Below, piece by piece: positions 61,426 to 64,000 of a stretch of DNA of 64,000 bases (position 1 is its first letter; each line of letters opens with the position of its first letter). The DNA lies in the IMG/VR virus record IMGVR_UViG_3300033047_000016, one strand, 5' to 3'. The notes beneath the pieces are model-generated. The model was not told the origin of the DNA. It did not search any database and saw nothing but the letters and a program-made list of their open reading frames with translations. Source of the stretch: a virus. Made by a program: the position numbers and the translations under genes.

Positions 61426-64000
61426 TTATGGGGCCAACCCAACTTTGCGTGGAAATCCTCGACCTACTTGTGCACTTAGTTGGTACACTACCACATATAT
61501 AGTGTCAGCCAGCGTGATACCTTCTGCGCCTAATTCAGCCGCAGTAACCACAGCCTGTTCGCTGTTGACAACTTTCCGCTGTAAGTAAGTTGAAGCATTT
61601 AATGGATCAAATGCTGCCAAGCTGGCTGGAGTGGTGCCAATTAAATAGAATTCATATGCTTCGGTATCTTCGTTCAGTGGAACAGTTTCCACACCAGTAC
61701 CAAACATATTCCACTCGCCACCAATACGCGTGCGGCGATTCCACTCAATTGTAAGGTCAGTACCATCATCACTGCGCACCAGATTGCTAGGAGCATATGG
61801 CTGCAAGTCCCTTCCAACGAACTCCGCACTTATTGAGGTTTGCGCCCCCAGTAAAGCACCACGGGATACGGCTTTAAAATATTGTGTTGAGCCAATTATG
61901 GCAAGAGGGTTCACCTGTGGAAGAACACCAGAATCCTTAAGAAGAATGAAGAATTCACCATCTATGTGGTCTTCTACCATATAATCGGTACCACGCCGTC
62001 CACGTAATAATGTGTCTAATGTGACTGTCCCATTTCCATTGACAGTCACATTTTGGAATTGTAGAATTTCCCCTACACCACTTTCCGCGTCCCACACCAA
62101 AGCACGGTTAGTTTCGTTATTAAGCATGTCGTCGTATGTGGTTGAGGTGATATCACCGTTATCTACAGACAGTACAACAGTTATCGTGTTTTCAGTATCC
62201 AAAGTCCACAAAGATCGTGGGGCGCGTAGCGTTGTAGTAACCTGTCCCCAAGTCACGTCTGTGATTGCCGTGTCGAATGTGGCGTACGTATTAGCGTCTG
62301 GAGACTGATACAAATCGGCGCTTAAGAACTGCACAGTGTCGGAGCCTACAGATGCGTAAAAACGCGAAGACGCCCTAGACAGGTCGTGGTAGTCGTACAG
62401 CAACGGAATATCGAAAACGAACATCTTCGAAAACACTGGCGTAATTATTGAGTTGATAGGAATGTTCGACGAACTGATTGGTGCATTTATTTGCGGCACA
62501 TACACCGGATCACCTGATCGTGCAGTGTCAAGCTCTATCTCAAAATTGGCCCCCATGGTTGTACGCGCTATACGATCAGTAAGAATACGCCCGTCATTAA
62601 GCGCGTACTCTATTATATCAGTAGGGTCCAGATCGGCATGCGTCCACGCTATGCTTGCTTTAGTTGTGTCGCGAGACATCCATGTCAGATATAGAAGTCT
62701 TTGTGCAATATCTTTAGCTTCATTTTCTTGTAGCACTAAAGGCATTTCAATGTTGTGTATTTTATCAGAATACATTACCGGTGCTGGCTGAGATATACGG
62801 CGCTGGTGCGCTGATCCTTGCTGATAATCACGGTCTTGATCAACGTATATCATCGCAATTTCTGAAGGTAAGTCGTATTCAGGGTGACGTGTTTCCAACA
62901 GAAAAACATCCCCGGTTGCGGCTTTTACTGGCCCCAGTTCATCCTCATTTATTGTACGTACAGCCGTTGTTGTTTTACTTCTGAATACAATTTCCCAATC
63001 AGATTCAATGCCATCCACAAAATGGGCCACAAGCAAACTTTCCAGCGCCTTACGACCTGTTACCGGTCTACCGACTGAGTAACCTCTTACAGCGAAGTCT
63101 CCGACTATATTTGAGACGTTGAATTCATCTGCCTTCATGCCTGAACGTTCACATATGTCTGTAATAATAGTCGCCAGATCAGTACTGTAAAGGCTGGCAC
63201 TTAGCCTAGAAAATTGGACGCGATTAGGTACTCCACCAACCCATGTGAATAATGACGCACTATTGCCTGTGTATATTTGTGCCGCTTGAGACACTGCCGC
63301 AGATAGAACACCAGTGAATTCTGTAGAAGACCCATCGGACACATCTATAGATATTACTGAGGTACCATTAGCGTACGCTAATACACTGGTGTTAACAGTT
63401 GACCTTTGCATGCCAGATTTATCGTTGGGTGGGGCAAGGGATAGAGTCTCAGAGTATAGTTCGTATGGATCACTAACCGTGCCTTCCGCATCTGGATCAA
63501 AGCGTTTTATCTTGCCCGCACCGCCGGAGCTTAGCAAAACCAAAACTGACCCAGTCGAGCTATCATATATTACCGATTTTGGTCTTTCACCAGTGCCTAC
63601 TTCGTTGATTAGTGTGGTGAACGCTATGGTTGGAGTAGTTGCGTTGTTAGCACTGAAGTCTATGTCTATTAGATATAGCGTCCATGTCGCGCCATCATCT
63701 GCCGCCCAAAATACTTTAGACTTTCCGGGGGTACCTCCGCCAGAGGCCATAGGACCAGCACCAACGGCACTAAATACATCTGATCCAACCCCCCACACAA
63801 CAGTGGTGAAAACACTCCCGACGTTGTACACATAAAAGTCACCAGAAGCGTTGCAACCTGCGATTAGGGTTCTACTAGCATTGACCCCAGCCGAGCACGC
63901 ATAGGTTATAGCAGCAGCACCAGAATCCATAGTCGGAGTAGTGTAAGAGTACCACGCGCCTGTAGCAGCACCAAGTATCGCTAAGGATGTATTGGCTACA
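61426..64000 (-). CDS. tail tip / host-specificity protein (GTA-like, Phage-tail_3); 5' truncated
   Basis: LP.E....Y.D..RDYQ, LDP.D, EILQF, LLRGRRGT, W.RRTRIGGEW, VPL.E..EAY and YQLSA.VGRG motifs. Confidence 0.88.
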   Translation of the reverse strand, partial: VANTSLAILGAATGAWYSYTTPTMDSGAAAITYACSAGVNASRTLIAGCNASGDFYVYNVGSVFTTVVWGVGSDVFSAVGAGPMASGGGTPGKSKVFWAADDGATWTLYLIDIDFSANNATTPTIAFTTLINEVGTGERPKSVIYDSSTGSVLVLLSSGGAGKIKRFDPDAEGTVSDPYELYSETLSLAPPNDKSGMQRSTVNTSVLAYANGTSVISIDVSDGSSTEFTGVLSAAVSQAAQIYTGNSASLFTWVGGVPNRVQFSRLSASLYSTDLATIITDICERSGMKADEFNVSNIVGDFAVRGYSVGRPVTGRKALESLLVAHFVDGIESDWEIVFRSKTTTAVRTINEDELGPVKAATGDVFLLETRHPEYDLPSEIAMIYVDQDRDYQQGSAHQRRISQPAPVMYSDKIHNIEMPLVLQENEAKDIAQRLLYLTWMSRDTTKASIAWTHADLDPTDIIEYALNDGRILTDRIARTTMGANFEIELDTARSGDPVYVPQINAPISSSNIPINSIITPVFSKMFVFDIPLLYDYHDLSRASSRFYASVGSDTVQFLSADLYQSPDANTYATFDTAITDVTWGQVTTTLRAPRSLWTLDTENTITVVLSVDNGDITSTTYDDMLNNETNRALVWDAESGVGEILQFQNVTVNGNGTVTLDTLLRGRRGTDYMVEDHIDGEFFILLKDSGVLPQVNPLAIIGSTQYFKAVSRGALLGAQTSISAEFVGRDLQPYAPSNLVRSDDGTDLTIEWNRRTRIGGEWNMFGTGVETVPLNEDTEAYEFYLIGTTPASLAAFDPLNASTYLQRKVVNSEQAVVTAAELGAEGITLADTIYVVVYQLSAQVGRGFPRKVGLAP

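Overview
A 64 kb segment of a large, gene-dense dsDNA tailed-phage genome. The gene set (T7-type Pol A, rIIA/rIIB, Thg1-like, CCA-adding enzyme, two RNA ligases, NadV plus NadM-Nudix, class II RNR, ThyX, tyrosine recombinase, GTA-like tail-tip protein) and sigma70 promoters that mostly lack -7T suggest a CbK-like siphovirus of Alphaproteobacteria, probably Rhodobacteraceae (inference). Layout: rightward early and host-takeover genes (1-14.3 kb); a promoter-driven structured non-coding region (14.3-14.6 kb); a leftward block with primase-helicase, DNA ligase, NAD salvage, RNA repair and recombinase (14.6-28.8 kb); a rightward rII, replication and nucleotide-metabolism block (28.9-55.0 kb); leftward lysis and tail genes (55.0-64 kb). 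Main findings: (1) a PvuII-family endonuclease with no methyltransferase in the window, where a manual scan found no SAGCTS hexamer, suggesting host-DNA destruction with self-protection by site avoidance; (2) ten dispersed CGCTGACGCG copies with covarying flanks that form mini-hairpins; (3) a two-hairpin leader with covarying stems in front of both NAD-salvage genes; (4) a candidate ~250-nt structured ncRNA; (5) oriented CGAATCR (GANTC/GcrA-like) sites at seven promoters; (6) a redox-dead thioredoxin alongside a Pol A that carries a thioredoxin-binding-type insert. All counts were made by eye and need computational confirmation. No tRNA, rRNA or CRISPR array was recognised.
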